NCBI GenBank assembly: GCA_002189035.1 | Contig: NEEC01000016.1 | Location: 186,001 to 250,000, forward strand | Direction: 5' to 3' | Length of the DNA: 64,000 nucleotides | Source of the DNA: Utricularia gibba | Lineage: Eukaryota > Plantae > Magnoliophyta | Part shown: positions 1 through 12,671 of the stretch, piece after piece | Position numbering within the stretch: the stretch's first letter is position 1 | Layout: every line of letters starts with the position of its first letter | Notes under the pieces: generated by a model | Seen by the model: only the letters and a program-made list of their open reading frames with translations | What the model was told of the DNA's origin: nothing | Databases searched by the model: none | Translations under genes and position numbers: made by a program

Positions 1-2092
1 TACAAAATTTCTATGAATCCGTATTTACATCTTTACAATGCTCTATCACTGTCGTCTGCTTCATATTATGAGTCTAATCATGAACACATATCTACGAGAA
101 AACACCCAGCAGTTTCGAATAATCGTGTGTTGTTGGTGAATTTGAATTCGGATTTCTTCCATCATCAGTAGCACGCTTTGACGACATAGGCATTTGCATG
201 CACATCACAGTACTAGAAAAGAGAGCACGTAGAGAAAGCAAACAGGACGACGAAAGACGTCTCTAAAGTACTTGGATGCATCACTTGCTGTGATGATAGA
301 CGTCTAGCACCATGATCTTGTAACCTTTTCACCTAATTTCATGCAATAAAACTGAATCTGAAGCAGTTTAGAGGAAGCATTTTGGGTGACGATGGAGTTC
401 GTGGGCTCACGTGGGGGTTGCAAGCGATGAATTTTCTGTGTGGCAGTGCAGGCTTGGCTTTGTTGGCGACAAATAAATACAAGTGACAAATCGTCGTCTT
501 CCTCTTCTATTAAATGCAGGACATATAACTATCACCTGGAGGAAATAAATATTCAAAGCACAATGTGTGTAATAAACTACAACAACTTACCCTGTGTGTT
601 TTCCTCTGTGTGGGGGTCGGATCCCACTGCTTCAGGCCTGGCACAACCAGACCAGACCTCACCAGTAGCCTTCATCTCCTCCTCCCGATGCCAACCTCCT
701 ACTCCTACTAACATCTGATGCGTATCACATGTCGTGTCCCTCTGCACATTGGATCCATTTTAAATGATGCAACTGCTAATCGGAATTCGATACCCGTTAT
801 ACTACACCGGAGTCGACGCCCCCTAAAAAAACACACACACACACAAAAAAAAGTATGTTCACGATAAATTCCAGTGATTAAAAACTCTTATACTTTGACT
901 GTCGAAGAATTTTTTCATGTTGGGTCTCTTACCGCACCCCCATTGTGTGATAATTGTTACCAGAAAGAAAAGATTGACATATGGTCCTTTTTCTCGCCTT
1001 CCTTCAACTTTCCGATGAGTTAACCTTTTTCCGACGAGGCCTAAAGAGGGGCATTAAGCCTAACGAGGTGAAGATCTGCCCGATAAGGCACTCTGTTGTC
1101 GAACGATTTTCCAATAAGCATTTTCCAACTCCATAACAACAAATATTCATCGTGGCTTGAGACGTGATAAGTTGTACCGATGCCCACTCTACCCAAGAAG
1201 CATTTATGGTATGTCCTAGAAATAAGGGAATACATTGCATTTGTGATATATCCTTTTTTTACTGTTATATAATAAAGGAGGAGAAAGGAAGATGATAGTT
1301 TTGATCATTTAGACAAACACATATTGCTGAGAAGAAAAGCACCCCTAAGAAGAGTAGAATTCTCCACATTTTTCTGGGGTCTTTATGTTTTTACAATTTT
1401 TCAAGTTGGTAGTGAAAGTCATTTTCCTGGTACATGAAGCACTTTCAATTTTTATTGTGTTTTTAGATTATCATTTATTGTCTATTTTTTGTTGTTGTCA
1501 ATTTATTGTCTATTTTCATATTGCAAGGATCTTACAAAAAATCATAAGTAGAACCTTTTTGATAATAATCAAAGATTCCGCTGGTTCACGAAATATATTT
1601 TTATTTCTATTGAAAATATAAAATAATATCCCGAAACAATATTTTTAGAAACACTGCTTATTATAAAAGGTTTATCCTTATTAATTATTATTATTTTCCC
1701 CAGTATCCCCTTTTAAAAAATTGCCTGCTATTATTAGGATTTATGTCGGCTACGGATGGCACTCCGATGGAGTTGAGAGGGAGAATCGCTCTGATCCGAT
1801 ACTACCGAGAAGGCTATCTGAGAGGTACGATGTAGGTTTCGTCTTCCGTGAGTTCAGATTTCCCTGCGTCCGCGGATTCTGCATTCCTCTGTGTAAATCA
1901 TTTTGAAGTATGAGTTCCCGATCTATGAGTTAGCATACGGTATTTCTGTAATTTCGTTATGAAGAGTATGAATGATCGATTCGACGGTTTATTGCGTTTT
2001 GTGTGCCTTTTTTCTGTCATGTTGGACAACTCACGTATTTGTTGTCGCGATGATGCTCACGCCTTTTTTTATGCTCATCGTTTGAACTCAGA

Positions 2093-2840
2093 ATGGTTGG
2101 TCCGAGGGGTGGCAATGGTAAACGTCGTATTCGTGGTCTGGTGGAGGCAACAGAGGAAATAAAATGAGGAATTCAGGGGGTGATAGAGATGCTTTCTTGA
2201 TGACACGGTGAACCTTTACTTGCGCCCAGGAATGAAGATTGGAGGTGTTATGTCAGACGCGAAATCCAATATCAGAATTGCAGAGTGTGCACCATGATGT
2301 GATGAGCGTGTAGTCACAATATTCAGTAGTAGCTAAGGAAACAAACGGTGCTGATGGCTTTGAAAATCCCATTTGTCCTGCTTGGATGCCCTTTTTAAGG
2401 TTCCTGAGAGAATTGAATCAGATGATACTTCAATGGATGAAGATTCTGAGGAAGTTCCACAAGTAATGGTTTGAATTTTAGTGCCTTCTGATCAGATAGG
2501 GTGTATTATTGGAAAGGCTGGTGATAGTTCATTGCACTCCATTGGTTCTGGGTAAGGTTTCTTTCACTAGTGATGCACGTCTATTCCTATGATTGTTACT
2601 CCGTAATCAAAGTTCCAGGCGGGACTACTCCTCTGTGGTTTTGAATATGCAACAAAGGATTAAAAAAAAGAATTGCTGTATACCTAGCACCAGTTTGTCT
2701 ATCTTACAATATCCAGTACTCTACTAAGCTCCCGTCATCTATTATGGACCCTCATAACCAGCCGCCTTACCAGGTTGCCTAGATGTCACCCTGTTTCACG
2801 AAGGAGAAATTATGACCACCGATGCTATGGCTATCTGCAG
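2093..2840 (+). pseudogene. KH-domain RNA-binding protein pseudogene (HEN4/At4g18375-like family), internally deleted
   Basis: Manual translation across frames gives DDTV..L.PG.KIGGV, KSNIRIAE, CDERVVTIFSSS, DALFKV, EDSEEVPQVMV*ILVPSDQIGCIIGKAG and a terminal VSRRRNY. These are interrupted by stops, frameshifts and large deletions. The ATG at 2093 follows an acceptor-like tttgaactcag. Confidence 0.75.
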
Positions 2841-5197
2841 GTATATCTATTCGAACCATTCCATTTTCTCAACCCATGTTGTACAAGGAGCTCAATTTTG
2901 TCGTTTAACGTGCTTGTAAGTAAACAGCCGATACGGTGCTATGAATGCCATGTCCCCACCATGAAGGTTGATAATCTTTCACCTCTCTTTCCTCCCCATT
3001 CCAACCCAACAGCTGAACTACCTGAAGCCTGAGTCCATCTGTTGACCTGTTTTGATGAAGCAAACTGTTAAAACCGGATTACCATATGATCAGTAGTTTT
3101 CTACTATACTAACTGCGCCTTTACCTTGAGCTTCTCATTCCTCTTGGATGCTATTTAGTAGCGGTGCAAAGTGAGGGCAATATATATATTTTTGGTTTCT
3201 GTTTGTTTTGTTTGTCTAATATGAATCCTGGATGAAAAGAAGTAATTTCATTTTTCTAGACTTATCTTTGCTGCATGTTTAATGCCGTATGGAATGGTTT
3301 TCAAGCTTGTAGGCAGATATCGAGCAGGCATCAGATTGTTTGGCACTTTCCAGATTCATTTCATTTATTTGCTAATAGGAAGAACCTGTCTGGCATTGGA
3401 TTTTTGGCAGTTATGCAACGATTTTATTGATATTATCCATAGCTGATGGTGCATTATACTTTGGATCTGGTGGCAGATGTGGTCTTGTCGATGATTTTAA
3501 TGATCATTGGCATGGTCTTTCGTGATAATGATTTACCTGGATCCCACGTACGCTTCTTTTTAGATTTCAAAATGCTGCTGAGAGTGAAGGTGATTGGATC
3601 AGCCAAGTGTTCCTTCTTACTTAAAGAATGGCAAGTTTTATTTTTAATGCTTACGGTTATTTCATCTCCACTTGCAAATTGTGTCATTTTGGATTTGCAA
3701 TGTCTTATGATATTCTTGAGAGTGCTACATTGCCGTGCATCAAGCTTTTTCCCCTCCTTGTGCTAGCATTCATTTGGTCTGCATCCCTCTGAAACAGTAC
3801 CCAAGTTCGTGTTCTTCATAAATCGAATCCAAAACTATAATGACATAGATGACTATTTTTTCTCATGGAATTCCACGTCAAGTGGGAATATCTAGAACCG
3901 TGTTCGTGTTTTGCAATGATTGATGCAAGAATGGATTCCTCTTCTATCGTCCCTAGGAACCATCCTGCCCCGTCCAAGTACTCCGCTTGGGCTGTGCCGG
4001 TTACGGGCTCGGTTCTTATTAGAATTGGTTCGCCGGATCCAGGCACTGATAAGCAGACCATAAAAGAAAGGAGGATCAATGTATTTCGATCTTGCTTTAT
4101 CCGATCCTTGATTTAACCCCTTGTTTGACTTTGGATTCAGGTTTGCTGTCGAAATGAAGAGTGAAACACGTGTTAGATGTCCAAATGTTGGATTCAGGTT
4201 TGGCATACAGCAAGGAAGAAGAAATATTAAATATCAAGGAGACAGTTGTGCGCCAAGTAAAGCATCCCGAGACAAATTAAATAAGATTGTCTTGTTGTCA
4301 CACACCGCCTATCTCATTGTGGCAGCCATAATACGTTAAAAAGTTTCCATTTATGGATGCGGCAGTTCCGGTATGATCTGGGGGTGGATTTATTCCTGTG
4401 CGCCTTTGGAGTGCGAATGTGCTCTGTATCGGGTCCCGGTCTCTAACGAAACATCTTGCACTCGTTCACCTTCTCTGTGTTCACTGAATCTGCTACTTCC
4501 TTGTGAGTGAGTAGTCCCTCCCCATGGCCTAATCCTCCTCCAATGTCGCCTCTCGTGACTTGGACGCTTGCCCAATTTGTCTTTTCTCAACTTCTCTTTT
4601 TTTCCCACTCAAAAAAGAATGAATACTTCCCTTTTTTTCCACATGTATGTTGACTCCGGACAGGATCCATTAGTTATTACTCCAATACTTGCTTGCACTC
4701 GTGCTACTTAGAACGAGTGTTACATTCTAAGGGAAGTTTTCCATGACAACATCACTTCCTGTTTTTTGGTGAACTAGTTGTGGAGGTGTTTGTACGTTCT
4801 AATTAATCTAACTTGCACTCAATGACGAAGTAGAGAGGTATTTTTTTCAACCAAAGCTAACAACTCCTTGGACTTCGACTTGGGAGAGAAAGAGGATGAA
4901 GGTGGGATTGAGATAAGGCAAGAAAAAATGAAGGTGGATGGTTTCTCTTTTTTCTTTTCTTAATTACTATTTTTTCACACCATTTGAACAGAGGTTAGAA
5001 AAGTGGAGAACCAAACTGCCAGGACGAGTTCGCTTACATCTATTCATGGGATTTTGTTCTCTTGGACCACTTCTACTATCATACTTTCTGTTAAGACCCC
5101 TCTGGGTTTTTCCCTCTCCCACATTTTCCCCACTATAAATACCCTCTCACTCCTCTACAACCCATCTTCGTTTCGGCAGTAGGAGGGAGTTTCAGGA

Positions 5198-6158
5198 ATG
5201 GAGAGGGACGAGGTGATCGATCTCCCACCCGGTTTTCGGTTCCACCCGACGGATGAGGAGCTGATAATGCATTACTTATCAGTGAAGGCGAAGGACTCCA
5301 GTTTCAGGACAACAGCAATAGGGGAGGCAGACTTGAACCAGGTTGAACCCTGGGAGTTACCATGTAAGTAACAAACACTGTACGGTAGCAAGCTTCAGAT
5401 TTTTAGTGTACAATCTTGACCAAGTTCGTGGTATTTTGGTTGAAGGAAGGCGAAAATTGGAGAGAGAGAGTGGTACTTCTTCTGTATGAAGGATAGGAAG
5501 TATCCAACTGGATTAAGGGTGAACCGAGCCACAAGGGCTGGATACTGGAAGGCAACAGGAAAGGACAAGAAGATTTTTCAAGGGAAGTTCTTCGTGGGAA
5601 TGAAGAAAACATTGGTTTTCTACAAGGGGAGAGCTCCTAGAGGTGAGAAAACAAATTGGGTCATGCACGAGTACAGGTTAGATGGGATGACTGCCATGCG
5701 TATCCAGAACACATCGCACAAGGTCAGAGGAAGTAAAAGCCAATAGGGAGTTACCTTGCTTTGCTGTTTCTTCTTCTACTTGGAACCTGATCATAGTTTC
5801 TGATTTTCAGAACGAATGGGTGATCTGCAGAATATTCAAGAAGACATCAGGAGGAGACAAAGTTCATATTTCCGGTTTGGTTAGGATCCCAACCTCAGGA
5901 GATGGCTCGGGTTCCAGTTCTGGAACACCGGAGTTGCCTTCATTGATGGAGATGACGGCTGAACCTATAGGACAACACGTGACCTGCTTCTCCAATGAAA
6001 TGGAGGAGCCACTGCATAAATATAGTTATATTTCTCCCGTCACGAAGCAAAAGGACATTGGCTACAACATGTACGACATGAAAACGGTATTTGAGAATCA
6101 AGAGCTTTCTGTTATTTCAACAGCTCCTTTAGACCTTGATTCCCTGTGGGATTTCTGA
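5198..6158 (+). CDS. NAC transcription factor, miR164-targeted CUC/NAC1/ORE1-NAC100 clade; exons about 5198-5363, 5446-5722, 5811-6158
   Basis: NAM domain motifs [79 protein letters not shown] and NEWVICRIF, plus the C-terminal HVTCFSN. The exon 1/2 junction is one base short of the canonical junction (see findings). Confidence 0.93.
5974..5994 (+). promoter_or_regulatory. miR164 target site in NAC coding sequence
   Basis: AACACGTGACCTGCTTCTCCA versus the miR164 reverse complement TGCACGTGCCCTGCTTCTCCA: 18/21 identical, with perfect pairing over miRNA positions 1-12. Confidence 0.9.
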
Positions 6159-6653
6159 GTTCTTGATCATGGTGTATCATTAGTGCACAACAAAGGCAAA
6201 AAAGAAGAAGAAATAACTATACCGTTTATTTGGTGATAGAATACTGTTTTCTATTCTCGTAATGGGACAAAGAGTGAATCATTCTAGTATTTGAAGAATA
6301 CATGACTGGAGATCAAAATTTCTTACCCTATTTGACATCCTACGATGTTAGCTGCAAGATAAGAACTTGACAAATGACATTGAATATATAATTCTAAATA
6401 ATAATGTTGCTAATCAAATGCGTATTCACTAAATTATGCATACCAGAACCATGCATACGTATAGCATAATCTCACTCAAATAATCTAGAGGAGATGGACA
6501 TCCTTGCCGATAGAAAGTATGATTGCAAATGCATGATCAATTTTATGAAGAAGATATGGAAAAGCATGGAGAAAGTGCTAACCGGATTTACGGAAAAGGA
6601 AGAATTTGACAAACAGAGGTATAGAAAGAGGAAGAAACTTCGTAGCTTCGATT

Positions 6654-7735
6654 CTAAAATCTAAAATACAAAATTATACAAAACGTGAGAACCAGGACTG
6701 CAAGTATACCACCAATGGCCCATTTGCTATGGCATATCCTTCTTGGTATCGAATCTACAGCTCTATCAGTTGTGCTCGTTTCGTCCCATGCTCTGTGAAT
6801 CTGTTCTCGCAGGAAAATTTTATCAATATCAATTATGTTGTCATGAAGTAGCTATTACAGAAATAGACCTTTGATCCCAACAACATATATCACAAGAAAA
6901 TATTTTCTATAGGATACCATGTTTCCTTTGGCGCCTGCATCGGTCTGTTGCTGTTGGTGCAGATTTTGAAGTAGAGGCACTCCAAGTTCTTGCCCCTCAA
7001 GCATGATATCTTTACCTTCTTCAACCCTATCGCTTGATGTGTTTGAAAGTGTAGTTATGATTCTGTCACCTTTAGCTTCAGACGCAGATGCCTGCCGCAG
7101 AACAAGCAGTAGAAAATCTCATCAATTAAATTTCTGTCACCAATTGAATAGCTTGACAAATGATAAGATGGATTTCTTTTGCACGAGTGTGCAACAGAGA
7201 TGAAAACGTACAGTGGACACATCTAATATCCCAGCCTCAAGCAGCTCATCTCGAGCGTCTTTTTCCAAGCTCGTCGATGCAATTAGCTTCACTTCATTCT
7301 TCAAGTTATTCAGATCAGACTGGTACTCCCTTACCTTCGCAAGAAGAACAGCCTTGACATTCGCTTGCAAGCTTCGAGCCTCCACGTCCATCTTCCGAAT
7401 CTACCAGGACATCACCAAATCTCAAAAAACGAGGATGCATGGGTCAATTAGAGAAAAAAATTGAAAGGAAAAGAGGTAATCTCCACCAGTTCTTCGGCAA
7501 TACTCAGTTCTGAAATGATTAACCTCAGGCCTCTTCTTATCTGTAACAAATTCGACCGCCATTATCACGAGCTCAGTTCCGAGAGAATGGAATTTTTTCT
7601 GAAACATACAGCGAAGCAAATCACGTATGAAGTCCACTAACCTCCATCAACAATAACAGCAGACGACGTCTTCCTGAATAGATCTGCGGAAAGCTTGCTG
7701 AATCGGCTCTCGTAGCCTTCAAACACCTCACTCAT
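6654..7735 (-). CDS. VTI1-family Qb-SNARE (VTI11-like), strongly diverged, with an apparent frameshift in exon 2; 5 exons (7735-7642, 7540-7487, 7400-about 7212, about 7097-6920, 6800-6654)
   Basis: MSEVFEGYESRF..LSADL, IRKMDVEARSLQANVKAVLLAKVREYQSDLNNLKNEVK, ELGVPLLQNLHQQ and a C-terminal TM segment KWAIGGILAVLVLTFCIILYFRF*. Exon layout matches plant VTI1 genes. Confidence 0.85.
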
Positions 7736-8267
7736 CTCTCACCGGCTGAACCTTCAATCAACGATACCGCAACACGTCCGGCCAACGAATTTCGGTGCTC
7801 TGAATTTATCAAAATGATCCATCCATCCACAGCGGCAAAAGCGAATCGGAAATTGCACTCCATATCAGAAAGAAAAAAACAGCGCGAAAATTGGAAATCC
7901 TACCGGCAGATCAGAAAATCTCCTCACTTCACGCCGTGTTGCCTGACCGTCACTTAACCGCCAAATTTCGAACCGCGAAAAGCAAAACAGTAGAATCGCA
8001 GATGGATACACAACTCCACAAAGATGTAAAGATGTGTGCACATAAGTTTGTATACATCAATCCCTCCCTCACTTACCCTATATATATGTAACGGTTCATT
8101 ATTGCGCACACGCTACAATGCTGTTAACAAGAACTCTCCCAGAACTACTGGATTCACCAAGCCTTCATCCTTCAAAATCTCCGTCAACTATAATGCGGAG
8201 ATGAAGAAGTTGGAGTCATCTTTCAGGGGGGCAATGAATGAGAGAAAATGGTTGAAATGGAAGATTC

Positions 8268-11200
8268 TCAGGCAGCGGTTTGGTTTGGTGAAACGAGGGT
8301 GTTCCCGTCGGGAATGAGACTGCATCCAGATACGGCTTGGTTCTCTTGCAGTTTCTTCAGTTCTTCTTCAGAGAAAACTTCTGACTGCAATGAGGGAGCT
8401 ATGTTTTTGACGTGCAACCATGTAAAATCCCAGAGGCCATCTCCTGCAACAGCATCACTCGGCACAAGAATCCCACTTGCCTTCATTACCAGAAGTGTAT
8501 TCTTGAGAAGCTCCGGGACCAACTCATGGATTTTTTCGCTCTTTTTCCCTCGAAATCTCAGGTTCAGATATTTTTCGAGACAACGAAGCACCTTGAGCCA
8601 GATTTCGCTGAATGCATTGGACTGAGAGATGTCATTCAAGGACTGTAGGAATGCCTTGGTCAATAGCTTGAGGGCCAAGATCATTGAGCCTTCCATACTG
8701 CGATAATCTTTCAAAGAATGTGGCAGAACCATGTCGAGTAGTTCATCGACTAGCTTAAAAATGACTTGATCTAGATACTGCAACAATATATCGGTTGGTA
8801 CCTGGATGCCATCCACACCAGCTGAGCATCTTTGCAGAGACATGATGGCATGATTCCTGACTACTTCCCTCTGATCCACACATACTCTCTTCAGTCCTTG
8901 ATTAACTCTCATCCACATTTCTAGTATGTCCTGAGACATCTTTTCAACTGCCTCCCCACTTGCTGCTTCCTTCGTCTTTCGATACCATGCTGATAGGCAA
9001 ACAACTGAGTCGGCCATCAGGTCTAAGGACTTGATAGAGCGATCAACCTGACCAACCCTTGACTCGGCAAACTGCCTAGCAGCACTTATGCAGAGAACAT
9101 AGTTTGCGGGAGACAGGTGAGCCCCGTCAGACATAATATACCTCAGAGTCTCAAACCCAGCTTCGGATGCTTCAGGATGGCGAGCTGTGATGGAGAGTAG
9201 AGAGATGATTGTCCGCCAACCCATGTGGGATCTTATCTGAGCAGCATTTGCTTTTACAAGATGCATCACTTCCTGTGTGATTTGTTCACAATAAGCATCA
9301 GCCACTCGTGCATCAAGTTTCAACACTAGTTGCAAAGACTTCAGAAGCTCATCAGTAAGGTTTTCTTTGTATGGGAGCAAGCGCTGGCATATTTGAAGCA
9401 GCCCAAAAACAGCCTTCTCTACAAGGGCACAAGGCATTGCAATTGATTGAACAACATTCGCTATGTGCTCATAAACCTTTTGCCATAGCAGCATGATTCT
9501 ATCCCTATTGTTCAGGGTGACTGCAATCAACAATTCCAAGCAAAAAACACTTGTTTCTTCATCTTCGACAGAAATATTCCCTTTCAGAGAGCTTCCTGCA
9601 GTCATAACTAGAGCATGGACGAGCTGCGATAAGGAATCTGCTTGCAGAAACTTGCTCTCGGCAAAAATGCTATCAATGTGGCAATTTTGAACCATCTGCA
9701 CAATGCGCCGACGGCCAGCAACTTGCTCTTCGGAGGGTTGGGTTGTTGCCTGTTCTCCATCGAGGGATAATAGAAGGCTAAAACGGCCCATAATACCTGA
9801 TGGCTTTCTGGAGGTAGTCACTGCTGGTGCCTGGAATATGGGGGAATGATTACCAGATAACGTGGTTTGATCCATGAGAGGAAGAGACTCCAGGTCATCG
9901 GTAGCATCATTCACAATATGGGAAGGAAGAAGGCCTATTTTCTGCAAACTCAAGATGCATTCCACTATGTTTCTCCAGCCTGAACGAATGTGATCTCCAT
10001 AACGGTTGACAAGAGTGAAAACTGCTTCAGTTGCTAACTTAGCTTTGATGTCATCCCCAAAATAGAGGAGTGACTTTTCAGAGAATGAAGGATGCAGTAA
10101 GGTGGTAAATTTGCAAAGAGATACGACCATATCATTCAATACCTCACCATAATTGTATGACACTGAAAGCTTTGCAATGGCCAAAAATCCATCAATACAC
10201 GAGTTCAAGGTCACTTCTTGTTCTGCATGGTCAAATACAACAGAAACAGCAGCAACAGCTGTGCCAGATAAAACAGCAAACATGTCGTAGTCAAGATGAC
10301 ATGCACCATCAGAGGCTATATAAGGGGTAGTTTGCTTTGCCTTATGCACCAGACCAATCCAGTGGCTCCGCCTTAGAACTGCAGCAGAACCAACTTGATC
10401 TGGAACCATACGAATTTCATTTTCACAGATGGAATGATACAGCTCAGACAAGAAATCTTGAGGAAGATCTTTGCCACCGTTTATTTTTCTGTTGTTTCGG
10501 ATAAAATCTTCCTCACTCATTTTCTTCTTGACCTGTGTATTGTGCTGATCTGTGTTAAGCATTATTAGAGAATATGATAGCAGGAGGGCAGCATCCTTGT
10601 TGACCAAAATATCTGGTGATTGCTCATAATAGCTCTCAGAAAATGCTTCAAGCACTCGGTGTATTTTTTGTGACTCCCCTGGTAATCTAAAAGTTTCCAA
10701 AAAAATCCGTAAAGCAACATCGAGATTCATGTCTTTAAAATCAAAAGTCCTTGCAAACTCCTGAAGCACCTGAATGGAAAAGGGATCATGGCTACCCAGG
10801 AAATCTCCAATCACATCCTTATCTAATCCAAAAGTAAATCTAAAGAAGAATGCAACACTTTTGGGATCCAGTTTTTCCGGCAATAAGTGTGTTGCCTGAA
10901 GAGCCTCCAGACCCTTTTTTGGGTCCGTGTTAAATTGATCGACACCAACAACCAACTTTTTCTTTATTTTTTTCATATTTCGAACAAATGGAACCCAGTG
11001 AAGAGGCTGCTCATAATCATAGCATCCCAGTGTCCAAAACGGCTTATATTCTGTAAGTTCCTGAGAATATTCCCCATCGCCTGATGCAGTTGGCCCTATT
11101 CTATCAGCCATACTTTCAAGCACAGCAATAAGGCCATCCAGAGCAAGAGTGTTTATAACAGACAATGGACTGTTCACAGGAAAGGCACTCCTTGAGAGCA

Positions 11201-12671
11201 AGTTTGCAATGGCTTCAAACACATTAGTGCATGATATATCGCAATCATAATTAGCATACATATCAGTTGCGAACATGGGCTGTCTGCAAAGGTCAATAAG
11301 AGCTTCCATGGCAACTTCTTGTTGTTGGTATGAAGCTCCATGCTTACCTTGGGCAACCCTCAACAGAACACCAGAAATAAAAGCCTCAAGCTGTAGTTTT
11401 AATTTAGTGCGAAGATGATGATAGAGATTGAGAACTATACTGCACACTGTTGAAAGAATAAGAGGGCTCATTGACAAACCAAACTGCATTAGGTTGCAGA
11501 ACAGATCTTCCTGTATAATAGCCAATAACTTAGGATGGTTCCCAAGAGAGGGGCCGCTTAATTCTATTGCAGAATTAATCAAGCCGAGAGCAAACAGAGG
11601 GACATCTTCAACATATGCGATCGGATTTGATCTTGAACTAATTTCAATGTTCTCCATCACATTTAATAGGGAGCACAAGAAGTGAAGAATTTCGATTGCC
11701 GCAGGGAGACCATACGGATCCATCATGGAAGAATTACCAATAAAGGAGCCATCATCACCATCACCAGACTCATTCTTTTTTTCATATTCTGCAACATGAA
11801 AGCCATCAATATGCAGCTCTGTTTTGACAGAGTGATTTTGAACTGTTTCCACATCCTGCAAGGATATTTTCATTAATTGTAAAAAGCTTAACTCATCATG
11901 CGCAAGAGGGCAATTTGCATGCTAGTTACTGCTTACCTCTATTTTGGGATATCTATCTCGACGGGTTATGTCTTCCATTCCATCATGAAAGTAAGGAAGG
12001 CGCAAAAAAATACACCTTACAAGTTCATGCATTGTGTGTCGGGATGTCCTTTGTAGCAGTTCACTTTTAGAGCTTGCCTGATGAACAATACGAAAACAAG
12101 CATTAACTATGCTGCATACATGATGATTGCTTAAACTATTAGACGCTTGACTTTTCATGCAAGCCAAGAGAACTTGAAGAATCTTCATCAGGACAACTTC
12201 CTCAGATGCTGGATCTGTAACTTCAAAGCGACAACTCGTTACAGCATCCACAATTAGATGTAAAGCACTATCCACATTCACAGTTCTCGAATCAAGAATC
12301 TGTAGGTTTAAGATTTTATAAATGGATGACAGAGCAACTCCAGTGATGGGTGCACCAGTTTCATCAGATTTAATGATATCCAAAAATGGCTGGATGTATA
12401 GAACTGGATCAACAGTATACCAATGGCTTTGCCACAAAAAGATCTTCTTGCGAAGCTCCTTGAAAGATACTATGAGAGAATGCTCTAGCTGTTCATCATC
12501 AGCACCATATTGAACTCCCCATCTAACGTTTCGCCTCATTACAGCCAAAACTGCACCAATTTCTGAATTCACCATGCAGGCTAAAGCACCACCGGAGGGC
12601 CTGAATGGACACTCAGGCTTCTCCAACACCCCATTAACTTTGCTCTGCTGGGGTGTCGATCTCATATCCAT
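8268..12671 (-). CDS. GNL1: ARF guanine-nucleotide exchange factor, GNOM-like (GNL1-type); exons 12671-11937 and 11855-8268, about 1440 aa
   Basis: DCB region INSEIGAVLAVMRRNVRWG-like and CRFEVTDPASEEVVLMKILQVLLAC; HUS NYDCD; Sec7 FRLPGESQKIHRVLEAF and YSLIMLNTDQHN. A single phase-0 GT-AG intron joins the two ORFs. Confidence 0.93.

Noticed and set aside
960-1240. Two overlapping minus-strand ORFs as a gene fragment
   Set aside because: No motif is recognised and there is no splice or promoter support.
8248-12513. Antisense ORFs over GNL1, and likewise over WRKY, PPR, NPH3 and PsbO
   Set aside because: These are short shadow ORFs opposite real coding sequence with no recognisable motifs.
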